In this document: positions 37,095 through 47,128 of the stretch, piece after piece
How positions within the stretch are numbered: position 1 is the first letter of the stretch
Layout: each line of letters starts with the position of its first letter
Virus record (IMG/VR): IMGVR_UViG_3300032326_001134
Coordinates: 1-64,000 of that record
Length of the DNA: 64,000 nt
Direction: 5' to 3' (one strand)
Source: a virus
Translations under genes and position numbers: made by a program
Notes under the pieces: model-generated
Database searches by the model: none
What the model saw: only the letters and a program-made list of their open reading frames with translations
Told to the model about the DNA's origin: nothing

Positions 37095-39029
37095 ATGTCA
37101 CAAGTAATTAAAAACCCATATGAAAATTTTATTGCGTTATCACGATACGCAAGGTGGATGCCAGAAGAAAATCGTCGTGAAACTTGGGGAGAGACAGTAG
37201 ATAGATATTTTGCGTTCATGCTTGATCATTTGTTTAAAGATCACGCATACGAGCCAAGCACAAAGCTAGTTGAAGAATTAAAGTCCGCAGTTTTTAATAG
37301 AAACGTAATGCCTTCTATGAGATCAGTAATGACTGCAGGTGCTGCATTAGAAAGAGATAATGTTGCTGGATACAACTGTTCATTTGTGCCAGTAGATAAT
37401 CCTCGTTCATTTGATGAGACAATGTATATTCTTATGTGTGGCACAGGAGTAGGATTTTCTGTTGAGTACAAGTATGTTAATAAGCTTCCCGCAATTCCAG
37501 ACTCATTTGAAAAATCAGATACAGTTATTGTAGTAGAAGATTCAAAGCAAGGTTGGGCAAAAGCTTATCGAGAACTACTTGCGTTACTTTGGACAGGACA
37601 TATCCCAGCGATAGATGTTTCTAAAGTCCGCCCCGCAGGAGCAAGACTTAAGACTATGGGTGGAAGATCATCTGGTCCACAACCGCTAGTAAATCTTTTT
37701 GATTTTACTATTGCAAAATTTAAAAACGCAGCTGGTCGCCAACTAAAGCCAATTGAAGCTCACGACATAATGTGTAAAATTGGTGAAGTTGTTGTTGTGG
37801 GAGGAGTTCGTCGTTCAGCAATGATTTCTCTTTCTAACATTAATGATATTGAAATGGCATCAGCCAAATCTGGTAATTGGTGGGAGAATAATACTCAACG
37901 TGCACTTTCAAATAATTCTGTTGCTTACTCACGTAAGCCAGAGATGGAACAATTTATAGCAGAATGGAAAAATTTATATGACTCTAAATCAGGGGAGCGT
38001 GGCATATACAATGTTGCAGCAGCGCAAGCCCAAGCAGCAAAGTATGGACGCAGAGATCCAGATATACACTACGGAACTAACCCGTGCTCAGAAATTATTC
38101 TACGTCCTTATCAGTTTTGTAACCTTTCAGAAGTCGTATTACGTGAAAATGATACAAAAGAAGATATTGCAAATAAAGTAAGACTTGCTACAATTCTTGG
38201 AACTTGGCAATCCACTCTTACGGACTTTAAGTATCTTCGTAAGATCTGGAAAGATAACACAGAAGAAGAACGACTACTTGGAGTTTCATTAACTGGACAA
38301 TTTGGCCATAAGTTTATGTCTGGTAAGCAGGACATTGTTGCTTTAGAAGCTTACCTTATGTCACTAAGAGAATATGCTCGTGAAACAAACAAAGAAGAGG
38401 CTGGAAAAATTGGGATTTCCGAGTCTGCAGCTATTACTTGTGTAAAGCCTTCTGGAACAGTATCTCAATTGGTCGGGGTGTCTTCAGGAATGCATCCATG
38501 GCATTCAAAATATTATATTCGTACAGTTCGTGGATCAAAGGGAGACCCAATTTCTACATTCTTAAAAGAAGTAGGTATTCCAGTAGAAGACGATGTAATG
38601 AAGCCAGCAGACACATACGTATTTTCATTTCCAGTAAAAGCACCAGAGGGTGCAATTGTTAGAAATGATTTAACGGCTTTAGATCACCTAAATATTTGGC
38701 TAGTTTATCAACGTGCATGGTGTGAACACAAACCATCAATTACTGTATCAGTAAAAGAAGAAGAATGGATGGAGGTAGGTGCTTGGGTATACAAGCATTT
38801 TGACGAAGTGTCTGGAATTTCTTTCCTACCCCACTCAGACCATACATATAAGCAAGCCCCATACCAAGAAGTTGACAAAGCAGAATATGATGCACTTGTT
38901 GCAAGAATGCCTAGCAATATAAGATGGGAAGATTTATCTTTTTACGAGACAGAAGACGGTACTTCTGGAAGTCAGACTCTTGCATGCACCTCAGACGGAA
39001 ATTGCGAGATTGTAGATATATCAGCATAG
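37095..39029 (+). CDS. nrdJ: Adenosylcobalamin-dependent (class II) ribonucleotide reductase
   Basis: YNCSF, GGVRRSA, GTNPCSEI, FCNLSE, VKPSGTVS; C-terminal C....C pair. Confidence 0.93.
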   Translation: MSQVIKNPYENFIALSRYARWMPEENRRETWGETVDRYFAFMLDHLFKDHAYEPSTKLVEELKSAVFNRNVMPSMRSVMTAGAALERDNVAGYNCSFVPVDNPRSFDETMYILMCGTGVGFSVEYKYVNKLPAIPDSFEKSDTVIVVEDSKQGWAKAYRELLALLWTGHIPAIDVSKVRPAGARLKTMGGRSSGPQPLVNLFDFTIAKFKNAAGRQLKPIEAHDIMCKIGEVVVVGGVRRSAMISLSNINDIEMASAKSGNWWENNTQRALSNNSVAYSRKPEMEQFIAEWKNLYDSKSGERGIYNVAAAQAQAAKYGRRDPDIHYGTNPCSEIILRPYQFCNLSEVVLRENDTKEDIANKVRLATILGTWQSTLTDFKYLRKIWKDNTEEERLLGVSLTGQFGHKFMSGKQDIVALEAYLMSLREYARETNKEEAGKIGISESAAITCVKPSGTVSQLVGVSSGMHPWHSKYYIRTVRGSKGDPISTFLKEVGIPVEDDVMKPADTYVFSFPVKAPEGAIVRNDLTALDHLNIWLVYQRAWCEHKPSITVSVKEEEWMEVGAWVYKHFDEVSGISFLPHSDHTYKQAPYQEVDKAEYDALVARMPSNIRWEDLSFYETEDGTSGSQTLACTSDGNCEIVDISA

Positions 39030-39069
39030 TAGTATAATATAGAAGGCGAAAGCCAAAAGGAGGCAAAAC

Positions 39070-39270
39070 ATGAATACATACGTAGAACAATTATTAGCAG
39101 CAGCAGGTACATATGGTAGAGCATTTTTGGCAGCAGCCACGGCTTTATATATGACTGGAAACACAAATCCTAAAGATTTACTAGCAGCTGGAGTCGCAGC
39201 CGTTGCACCAGTAATTCTTAAGGCGTTGTCCCCAAGCGATCAAAGCTTTGGATTTAAAACAACAAAGTAA
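39070..39270 (+). CDS. Small holin-like membrane protein
   Basis: Two short hydrophobic helices; P.D..FG tail. Confidence 0.55.
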   Translation: MNTYVEQLLAAAGTYGRAFLAAATALYMTGNTNPKDLLAAGVAAVAPVILKALSPSDQSFGFKTTK

Positions 39271-39334
39271 TACAATAGATTAGGATAGCTCCTGTGCTAA
39301 AATAAGCATAGGAGTTTTCCTATTTTAGGAGATT

Positions 39335-39691
39335 TTGCAAATGGCAGTAAACAAGAATTTTGAAGTAGATCAAAATGCTACTTTTTCTTTTCAAGTTCAA
39401 TATACTTTAGAAGATGAAGTCACACCAATAGATCTTTCCAACGCAACCGCAAAAATGCAGGTGCGAGATACTAAGGGTGGCGCAAAGCTAGCATTCACAT
39501 TAACTTCCCCGTCTGGTGGAATTACCATTGACGAACTAGAGGGAACTTTAAATGTAAAAATGACACCTACTCAAACCAATAAACTGTTTTATCCAAAATC
39601 TTCTTATGACATTATGGTTGTCGATTCTAACGGGAATAAAATAAAACTCCTCGAAGGGTTTTTAACTCTCAGTAGATCGGTAACTATATAA
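39335..39691 (+). CDS. Virion baseplate/tail-associated protein
   Basis: DQ.ATF, PIDL....AKMQVR, YD...LLEG; first gene of the structural block. Confidence 0.7.
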   Translation: MQMAVNKNFEVDQNATFSFQVQYTLEDEVTPIDLSNATAKMQVRDTKGGAKLAFTLTSPSGGITIDELEGTLNVKMTPTQTNKLFYPKSSYDIMVVDSNGNKIKLLEGFLTLSRSVTI

Positions 39692-40143
39692 TGACAGAAA
39701 AAGTAATAGTCACAGAGATAAAGAATAAGGTAATTGTAAAATCCCCAGGGCCACAAGGTCCTGCTGGAAGAACAATATTAAACGGCACATCAGCGCCAGC
39801 AAACAATTTAGGTGTTGCTGGAGATTTTTATTATAATACAACTACTACAGATTTTTACGGTCCAAAGCTATCAGATATAACCTGGAGCGGAGCTACCGTT
39901 ATTAAATTTATTCAAGAAGGCTCAGAATATGCTTATTCAACCTCATGGGAGCTTGCCCAAGTTACTGGACCAGTCAACGGAGTTTATTCAGTAGAACTAC
40001 AACATAACTTAGGGTTTTTCCCAAATGCAACAGTTAAGTCTAGTTCTGGGGACATGTTAGAAACTGGAATAGAATATAATAGTATAGAGAAAATAACACT
40101 GACTATGGCTCAACCATTTTCAGGGACAGCATACCTGTCATAA
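39691..40143 (+). CDS. Tail-associated protein with short collagen-like motif
   Basis: GPQGPAG, G..GDFY....YGPK, HNLG..P. Confidence 0.7.
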   Translation: MTEKVIVTEIKNKVIVKSPGPQGPAGRTILNGTSAPANNLGVAGDFYYNTTTTDFYGPKLSDITWSGATVIKFIQEGSEYAYSTSWELAQVTGPVNGVYSVELQHNLGFFPNATVKSSSGDMLETGIEYNSIEKITLTMAQPFSGTAYLS

Positions 40144-40157
40144 AGGAGAAATAAAAA

Positions 40158-42428
40158 ATGGCAAGATTATTTGCAACTAGCATTAACCTCAATAAAAATG
40201 AGTTACAGAATGCTAGAATTCAAAATCTGTCCTCTAACCCATCTTCACCAGTGGCAGGTCAGATTTATTTTAATACACAAGACAACGAACTAAGATACTA
40301 CGACGGAAACCAGTGGATATCTGGAAGTTCTGTAGAATTTGGCACCACAGCAGCAAGACCTGCTGCAAGCAAAGCTGGACAACTTTATGTTGACACAGAA
40401 GCACATGTTATTTATGTAGACAACAGTACAGCATGGGTTCAGGGAACAGTAAGCCCAGACGATGTTGCTGGATGGATCTCAGATCACAATGATTTAACAA
40501 CAGGTGTTCATGGAGTAACTGGAAACGTAGTAGGAACCTCAGACACGCAAACACTTTCAAACAAGACAGTCTCAGATAACCTACATTTTAATAATGGCAC
40601 CGCTGCTGGATACATAGCAGCTGGTATGGGCGAGCTTGTAATTGATGGTAATAATTCAATTACAATTAATGCTGACCAAGATGTTAATATTACAACAAGC
40701 GCTGGCGACATTATTCTTAATGCCGACGGATCCTCATATATCGGAAGCGCATTACCAGGAAATCGAATTGTAACAGTTGACGAGCTTAATTCTGGCGATG
40801 TTATTCAAACTGTTACTGGAACAAACGAGCAAGTTACTGCTAGTACAGATGTAAATGGAAATGTAACAATAGGCTTACCAGACACCGTATCAGTTCCAAA
40901 CCAACTTAACGTTGGTATCAATACAGTGCTTAGCACTATTGAAGATGGAGAGTTACATGTTTATAAAGCAAATGGTAATGAATCATTAACTGTAACTTCT
41001 AATTCTGTATTAATTAACAATGATATTGAAATTAAAGATGGAAGCGGAAATACTCATTTAAATATTTCTAGCCCATCATCTACAAATTCAGAATTGTCTG
41101 CAGTCAATGATTTAACAATAGCTTCTAATGGAGATATTGACTTAAACCCAACGGGCACAGCAAATGTTAATAATGATCAAATTGTAACAAGAACTGCAAC
41201 ACAAGATCTTTCAAATAAAAGAGTTATAGATACTCTTTACTTTACAGATGGTGTAACAATTGCCAATGAGGGTGAAATTGCTGTTCGTGCTGGAAGCCAT
41301 GACTTTGATGTTCAGGCTAACTACGGAGATCTTAATCTTAAGACAACCGCCACAGGCGCAGATGTTAATTTAAATCCAGATGGCGTAACAAACGTAAACA
41401 GCGTATTAAATGTAAGTGGTAATTTAAACACTACAGTAATTGCTGGTGCTGACTTTGACGGCAGAGATGGGTCCTTAACATTACAAGATGAAACTGGCAC
41501 TTCTCAAATCCATATTAATGGAGCAACAAAGAATATAGAGTTGCTTCCAGTAACTGGATCAAAAGCATTTTATGGCTCAGCAGCAACTGCTGGAAATGAA
41601 ATTGCTAAGATTTCAGACCTTCAAGCTTTATCATCAGGTCTTGATTGGAAGACAGCAGTACATCTTCTTTATGACGCAGCAATTCCAACAATGTCTGGTA
41701 GTGGAGCAAGCCAACTAATTATTGATGGCCATGACCCACTAGGAGATGCAGACAGTGGATATAGAATTCTTATAACTCAGTCATCAAATGCTGGTATACA
41801 TGTTTTCAATAGCACAAGCGGAAACTGGACACTTACTCGTGCAGAAGATGCAGACGCATTTGGTGAACTTATTGGTGCAGCAGTATTTGTAATGGAAGGC
41901 GACCAATACGGCGCAACTTCATGGGTTCAGAATAATCATTACATGACAGATTTTACTGGACAAAACTGGATTCAGTTCTCTGGTCAAGGTACATATGTTG
42001 GCTCTGATTCAATTCAAATTGATGGAAGAGAAATCAATGCAATTGTAGATGGCACTCATGGTCTATATATTGATGGAACTGGAATTAATGTAAAGGTTGA
42101 TGGAACCAAGGGTCTTGGATTTAACGGCAATGGAGAAATTCAAGTTACACTTGGAACAGGTTTAACATACACCCCATATGTCGCACTAGACACAGCTAAC
42201 GGATACGGTGTACGTAAAATTGCTACAACTATTGGAGATGGCGCAACAACAGCATTTCCCGTAGAGCACAATTTTGGCACAAAAGATGTGACAGTTCAAA
42301 TATTTCAAAATAATGAAAGCTATGCTCAAATAGAAGCAGACGTAGAACACACATCAACTTCTGAAGTGACAATTAAGTTTGCACTAGCTCCAAGTAATAA
42401 TGAGTATAGAGTGGTAGTAGTAGGATAA
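40158..42428 (+). CDS. Tail fibre / structural protein
   Basis: G/T/N-rich beta repeats, QTLSNK repeats, C-terminal HNFGTKDV...YRVVVVG. Confidence 0.75.
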   Translation: MARLFATSINLNKNELQNARIQNLSSNPSSPVAGQIYFNTQDNELRYYDGNQWISGSSVEFGTTAARPAASKAGQLYVDTEAHVIYVDNSTAWVQGTVSPDDVAGWISDHNDLTTGVHGVTGNVVGTSDTQTLSNKTVSDNLHFNNGTAAGYIAAGMGELVIDGNNSITINADQDVNITTSAGDIILNADGSSYIGSALPGNRIVTVDELNSGDVIQTVTGTNEQVTASTDVNGNVTIGLPDTVSVPNQLNVGINTVLSTIEDGELHVYKANGNESLTVTSNSVLINNDIEIKDGSGNTHLNISSPSSTNSELSAVNDLTIASNGDIDLNPTGTANVNNDQIVTRTATQDLSNKRVIDTLYFTDGVTIANEGEIAVRAGSHDFDVQANYGDLNLKTTATGADVNLNPDGVTNVNSVLNVSGNLNTTVIAGADFDGRDGSLTLQDETGTSQIHINGATKNIELLPVTGSKAFYGSAATAGNEIAKISDLQALSSGLDWKTAVHLLYDAAIPTMSGSGASQLIIDGHDPLGDADSGYRILITQSSNAGIHVFNSTSGNWTLTRAEDADAFGELIGAAVFVMEGDQYGATSWVQNNHYMTDFTGQNWIQFSGQGTYVGSDSIQIDGREINAIVDGTHGLYIDGTGINVKVDGTKGLGFNGNGEIQVTLGTGLTYTPYVALDTANGYGVRKIATTIGDGATTAFPVEHNFGTKDVTVQIFQNNESYAQIEADVEHTSTSEVTIKFALAPSNNEYRVVVVG

Positions 42429-42429
42429 T

Positions 42430-42831
42430 ATGGCAAAAAAATTCCAAACGCCCATTGCACCACCATCCTTGTCTTCGGACCCTGCTGTTGGTGTGATGGG
42501 ATCCATATATTATAATACTGAAATAAATGCATTAAAGTATTATGATGGAGCCGCTTGGAGACCAATTTCATCTGGTGGTGGAGGTGGCGGAGGCACAGTA
42601 GAAATAGATTCCGCATACTACAATCAGCCAGAAGATGGAGTTTTGTTATATAACACAACTACAAATAATTTAGCAGTATCATACGAAAACGTATGGAGAG
42701 AATTAGCATATAGAACTCAATTTGATAGCCCAATTGACGGAGGAGATTCTTCCACTGGTGATTCAGAATGGGAATTAGTTTTAGATGGGGGTGAATCTGA
42801 CAATAACTCATTCTTAAATGCATACTACTAA
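42430..42831 (+). CDS. Small tail-fibre-associated protein
   Basis: G.IYYNT....L.YYDG..W repeats, poly-Gly, DGG tail. Confidence 0.7.
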   Translation: MAKKFQTPIAPPSLSSDPAVGVMGSIYYNTEINALKYYDGAAWRPISSGGGGGGGTVEIDSAYYNQPEDGVLLYNTTTNNLAVSYENVWRELAYRTQFDSPIDGGDSSTGDSEWELVLDGGESDNNSFLNAYY

Positions 42832-42870
42832 TAATATAAGTATTGTATAATAAGAAGAGGTGGTCAAATT

Positions 42871-45162
42871 ATGAAAACAAAGATTCAAATAAGAAGAGAT
42901 ACGGCTGCAAACTGGGCTAGTAATAACCCAATTCTATCAGCAGGTGAATTTGGCCTAGAGTCAGACACTCAAAAAATTAAAGTTGGTAATGGCTTAGCAA
43001 ATTGGGCAGCCAGACCATATATAAACGTTTTACCATCAGACCTTGCTGAACTTTCACAAGATGCAGTAAATAATGCATTAACTGCTGGTAACGGTATAAC
43101 AAAAGAATACGATGATTTAAATAATACGATCACCATATCAGTAGACACAAGTATTATTGCAAATAAAGATTATGTAGACAATGCAATTTCTGGAGTCTTG
43201 GACGGAGCACCAGGTTTACTTGATACATTAAAAGAATTAGCAGCAGCAATTGATGATGATCCTGCATTTTTTACAAGCGTAGCAACAAATCTTTCAAATC
43301 ACGAAGCAGACACAACAAACATACACGGAATTGCAGATTCAGCAGAACTAGCAACTAAGACATTTGCAGCAGAACTTCTTACAGGATCAACAAAGTCCAA
43401 TATTACAATTACTGGTGATAAAAACGGACTCATAATTACAGCTGAAAATGGAGTAGCAGACTCAACCACATCAGATCTTGCAGAAGGAACAAATCTTTAC
43501 TTTACAGACGAAAGAGCACAAGATGCAGCAAACACTGCAATTGTTGCTGGTGAAGGATTAGATAAAACATACGATGATGAATCCAACACAATCACCCTTG
43601 ATATTGATTCAACAGTAGTAACACTAACAGACACACAAGCTTTATCAAATAAGACTTTAACTTCTCCCGTTATAAACGGAGCAACAGTTGGAGGAGATAT
43701 TATTCCTTCATCTGATGCCACATATGATTTAGGATCTCCTGAAAATAAGTTTAAAGATTTGTATCTATCTGGTGCAACACTTTATCTAGATACAGCCACA
43801 ATAGAACTACACTCTGGAAATATTCAACTTAGCCACAGTGGAAACACTACAATAATACCAATTGGAAACGGGAACCATACAGTAGCCACCCTAGATGGTC
43901 AAGAAACACTATCAAATAAAACTTTAACTAGACCAACTATTAACGGACCAGAGATTACAGAAATTGGTGGAACTCCACGTATTCATGGAATCTATCTTCC
44001 ATCACCACATTTTATTACTTTTGAGGGTGCAACAAATGATGAGTTTGAAACAGTTTTAACAACTGTAAATCCAACAGCAGATCACACAATTGCTTTACCA
44101 GATGCTTCAGGAACAATTGCTTTAACCTCAGACATTGCTGAACTTTCACAGGATGCAATAGATAATGCAATTGTAGCTGGTGTAGGACTTGACAAAGTTT
44201 ACGATGACGAAGCAAATACAATAACACTTGATATAGATTCAACAGTAACAACAAACTCTGGAACACAAACCCTTACAAATAAAACTATATCATTTGCAAA
44301 GGGTACAATTAGTTCCGCTGTGGGATATGACAATATAGAAGGATTTTTTGGACAAAACAACATAGTTGTTCTTCAAGATGCCCTTGATAAGGGTGGAAAA
44401 CTTAATATATCTAACGAGGGTGTTATTACAGTTCCATTTCCTGGAAATGGATATACTACTGGAGTAGCAACGATAGGTGGCGGAACTAGAGTTATCATAA
44501 CAGTTTCTGGAAATAATATTACAGGAACCATTAATCAGTTTAATGATTCTTTAACAGATGCAAACTTTGCTACCACAGATGGCGTAGAGTCTCTTACAAA
44601 TAAAACTTTGACTTCGCCAAAAATTAATGAAGACGCAGTACTTTCAGCAACATCTTCAGAATTAAATATTCTAGATGGGGCTACCATATCAACAGCAGAA
44701 TTAAATTATGTTGAAGGTGTAGTTTATTCAATTCAGGATCAAATAGATGAAAAGGCTCCAACAGATAGTCCAGAATTTACTGGAAACGTAGAGCTACCTT
44801 CAACAACGGTATTTGGTTCAAATACAGGAACAAGCGCAGGAAAATATTTAAGAACAGACGGAACAAACGTTTCCTGGGCATATCCAGTAATTCCTTATGG
44901 AAGCGGTGGATCAGCTAATCCAGTAAATGGACAGCTATTCTTTAATATGGATACACTATCATTACAGATATTTATGGATGGACAGTGGATTAAACTAACA
45001 TCTTATAATATTGATGGTGGAAATCCATTTACAACATCATTTGCAAATACGTTTGACGGAGGAAGTCCTTCAGTAGAACCTACATCATCATTAGATGGAG
45101 GAAATGTTGATTCATTCCCACCTGCTTCAGAAGGAACAGAAACAGATGGAGGAGAAATATGA
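42871..45162 (+). CDS. Tail fibre protein with Mtd-N-like N-terminal domain
   Basis: IQIRRDTAANW...P.L..GE.G.E.DT.K.K.G.G...W; APGLLDTLKELA; QTLTNKT repeats. Confidence 0.8.
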   Translation: MKTKIQIRRDTAANWASNNPILSAGEFGLESDTQKIKVGNGLANWAARPYINVLPSDLAELSQDAVNNALTAGNGITKEYDDLNNTITISVDTSIIANKDYVDNAISGVLDGAPGLLDTLKELAAAIDDDPAFFTSVATNLSNHEADTTNIHGIADSAELATKTFAAELLTGSTKSNITITGDKNGLIITAENGVADSTTSDLAEGTNLYFTDERAQDAANTAIVAGEGLDKTYDDESNTITLDIDSTVVTLTDTQALSNKTLTSPVINGATVGGDIIPSSDATYDLGSPENKFKDLYLSGATLYLDTATIELHSGNIQLSHSGNTTIIPIGNGNHTVATLDGQETLSNKTLTRPTINGPEITEIGGTPRIHGIYLPSPHFITFEGATNDEFETVLTTVNPTADHTIALPDASGTIALTSDIAELSQDAIDNAIVAGVGLDKVYDDEANTITLDIDSTVTTNSGTQTLTNKTISFAKGTISSAVGYDNIEGFFGQNNIVVLQDALDKGGKLNISNEGVITVPFPGNGYTTGVATIGGGTRVIITVSGNNITGTINQFNDSLTDANFATTDGVESLTNKTLTSPKINEDAVLSATSSELNILDGATISTAELNYVEGVVYSIQDQIDEKAPTDSPEFTGNVELPSTTVFGSNTGTSAGKYLRTDGTNVSWAYPVIPYGSGGSANPVNGQLFFNMDTLSLQIFMDGQWIKLTSYNIDGGNPFTTSFANTFDGGSPSVEPTSSLDGGNVDSFPPASEGTETDGGEI

Positions 45163-46226
45163 GTTCAATACAATTAAAAAGAGGAACAGCTTCTCAATGG
45201 TTTACAAAAAATCCAGTATTAAAAAATGGAGAGCTTGGAATTGAATTGGATACCAAAAGAATAAAGCTTGGCAATGGTACAACTCAATGGAGATCTTTAA
45301 GCTATATTACAGTGATACCAGCAGATTTACAAAACACTGTTGGATCTTACCTAGAAGTAGTAGAAAAAGGAAATCCTGGTGGACTAGCAACATTAAATAC
45401 AGAGGGTTACATACCAGACTCTCAAATTCCAGCATCAATTGCAAGAGATGCAGAGATTGTGACAAGCTATAATGAACTTGATGACCTGCCTACATTATTT
45501 AGCGGAAGCTATAATGATTTAACAAATAAGCCAAATTTATTTAGTGGATCATACACTAATCTAACAGATAAACCAGCGCTATTTAGTGGATCATACACCG
45601 ATCTAACAGATAAACCAACAATTCCAAGTTTAACTGGATATGCAACTGAAACATATGTTGGAACTGCAATTTCAAACCTTGTAAGCTCCGCACCAGAAAC
45701 TTTAAATACTCTTAATGAATTAGCAGAAGCATTAGGAGATGATGCTAATTATGCTACAACAATAAGCACAGCTCTTGGGCTTAAGGCCACAATTGAAAGC
45801 CCTACTTTTACTGGAACCGTGGGTGGAATAACAAAGTCAATGGTTGGTTTAGGCAATGTTGATAATACAACAGACGAAAACAAGCCAGTGTCTACACTAA
45901 CACAAACAGCACTAAACTCTAAAGCAGATAAGTTAACTTCAATTTCCGCAAAGTCTGAATCTTATACAGTGCAGACAACAGATTTAGGGAAACTAATTGA
46001 GATGTCTAATGGTGGAACAATTAGCATAGAAGACTCAGCATCTTTTCCAGAAGGATTTACAATAGATATATTGCAAACTGGAAGTTCACAGGTAACGGTT
46101 GCTGGAATTGGAACCACTATAATTAATGCAACACCAGGATTAAAGCTTAGAACACGATGGAGCAGTGCCACTTTGATCAAGAGAAGCCTAGACCTTTGGG
46201 TGCTTTTGGGAGACCTGGCAGCATAA
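45159..46226 (+). CDS. Tail fibre protein with Mtd-N-like N-terminus and conserved C-terminal domain (module 1)
   Basis: IQLKRGTASQW..; LFSGSY.DLT.KP x3; APETLNTLNELA; ends NATPGLKLRTRWSSATLIKR...W...GDL. Confidence 0.8.
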   Translation: MSSIQLKRGTASQWFTKNPVLKNGELGIELDTKRIKLGNGTTQWRSLSYITVIPADLQNTVGSYLEVVEKGNPGGLATLNTEGYIPDSQIPASIARDAEIVTSYNELDDLPTLFSGSYNDLTNKPNLFSGSYTNLTDKPALFSGSYTDLTDKPTIPSLTGYATETYVGTAISNLVSSAPETLNTLNELAEALGDDANYATTISTALGLKATIESPTFTGTVGGITKSMVGLGNVDNTTDENKPVSTLTQTALNSKADKLTSISAKSESYTVQTTDLGKLIEMSNGGTISIEDSASFPEGFTIDILQTGSSQVTVAGIGTTIINATPGLKLRTRWSSATLIKRSLDLWVLLGDLAA

Positions 46227-47032
46227 TGTTAAGAAGATTTGGTAAATCATCAAAAAGAAAAGCTAGGGTTCCAAACTTAGTTAATCTTACATTAAGTCAA
46301 GCCCAATCTTTATTGTCATCTCTTGGCATTAGCTATACAACAAGTATCACAAGCACTAGCGACCAGAGCATTAATGGTAAAGTTAGAGAGCAAAATGTTG
46401 CAGAAAATGAAACTAAATTAGTTGGAGACAATGTTGAGATAAACTATTATTCATTTAGCTTTACTCCTTTTGGATTTACCCCTTTTGGATTCACACCATT
46501 TAGCTTTACCCCTAATTTATGTTTCGTGGTGGGCACAGACATATTAATGGCTGACGGATCTACTAAAAAAATTGAAGACATTGTAATTGGAGATTCTTTA
46601 AAAAGCTTTAATATACCAAATTTAGACGACGACTACGACCCAGATTTAATGAACACAGAGAATGCGTGGATTACGCCATCTACAGATGACTTTATAATCA
46701 CGCCAACCACAGTAACATATATTGGCAGAAGGCCTGTGCTAAAAACAATTAAATTTAATAACCTGCACAGATGCACAGAAAACCATGCTATTTTTGTTAA
46801 CAGAGGTGGAGACTATCAATGGCTAAAGGCAAAAGATGTTCAGGTTGGGGACTCTTTTATTAAATTTGACAAAACTGAAGAAATGGTTTCAAATAAAGAG
46901 ACAATAGATGAGTTAACTGAGGTAGTAGCAATTGACTGTGAAATAAAAGATTTTTATTTTGCTAACGGCATATTGGTTCACAATATTACCGTTACGGCAC
47001 CACCAGGAACTACAACACAATGGGTTTCATAG
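46226..47032 (+). CDS. PASTA domain - (F[GS]FTP)4 - Hint/intein-like domain protein
   Basis: Start at TAATG overlap; VPNLVNLTLSQAQSLLSSLG...G.V..Q (PASTA-like); Hint CFVVGT...TENH...FANGILVHN at 46520-46984; 15-aa tail. Confidence 0.85.
   Translation: MLRRFGKSSKRKARVPNLVNLTLSQAQSLLSSLGISYTTSITSTSDQSINGKVREQNVAENETKLVGDNVEINYYSFSFTPFGFTPFGFTPFSFTPNLCFVVGTDILMADGSTKKIEDIVIGDSLKSFNIPNLDDDYDPDLMNTENAWITPSTDDFIITPTTVTYIGRRPVLKTIKFNNLHRCTENHAIFVNRGGDYQWLKAKDVQVGDSFIKFDKTEEMVSNKETIDELTEVVAIDCEIKDFYFANGILVHNITVTAPPGTTTQWVS
46454..46513 (+). repeat. Pentapeptide repeat FSFTP FGFTP FGFTP FSFTP
   Basis: Direct translation; synonymous codons vary between units. Confidence 0.95.
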
Positions 47033-47128
47033 GATTTACAATTTAATATAAAAGCAGTAAAATGGGGATTGCCAAATAACTGCAAAACCCATATAATAGG
47101 GTAATAGAAATATATCGGAGGTAACAGA

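Noticed and set aside
45496-45620. 39-bp tandem repeat as a regulatory or array element
   Set aside because: In-frame coding repeat (LFSGSY.DLT.KP) of a kind common in tail fibres.
46157-46225. Longer start for the PASTA-Hint gene, or a programmed frameshift fusion with the upstream fibre
   Set aside because: A TAATG coupled start at 46226 explains the gene; no clear slippery site, and module 2 has a separate RBS with no overlap.
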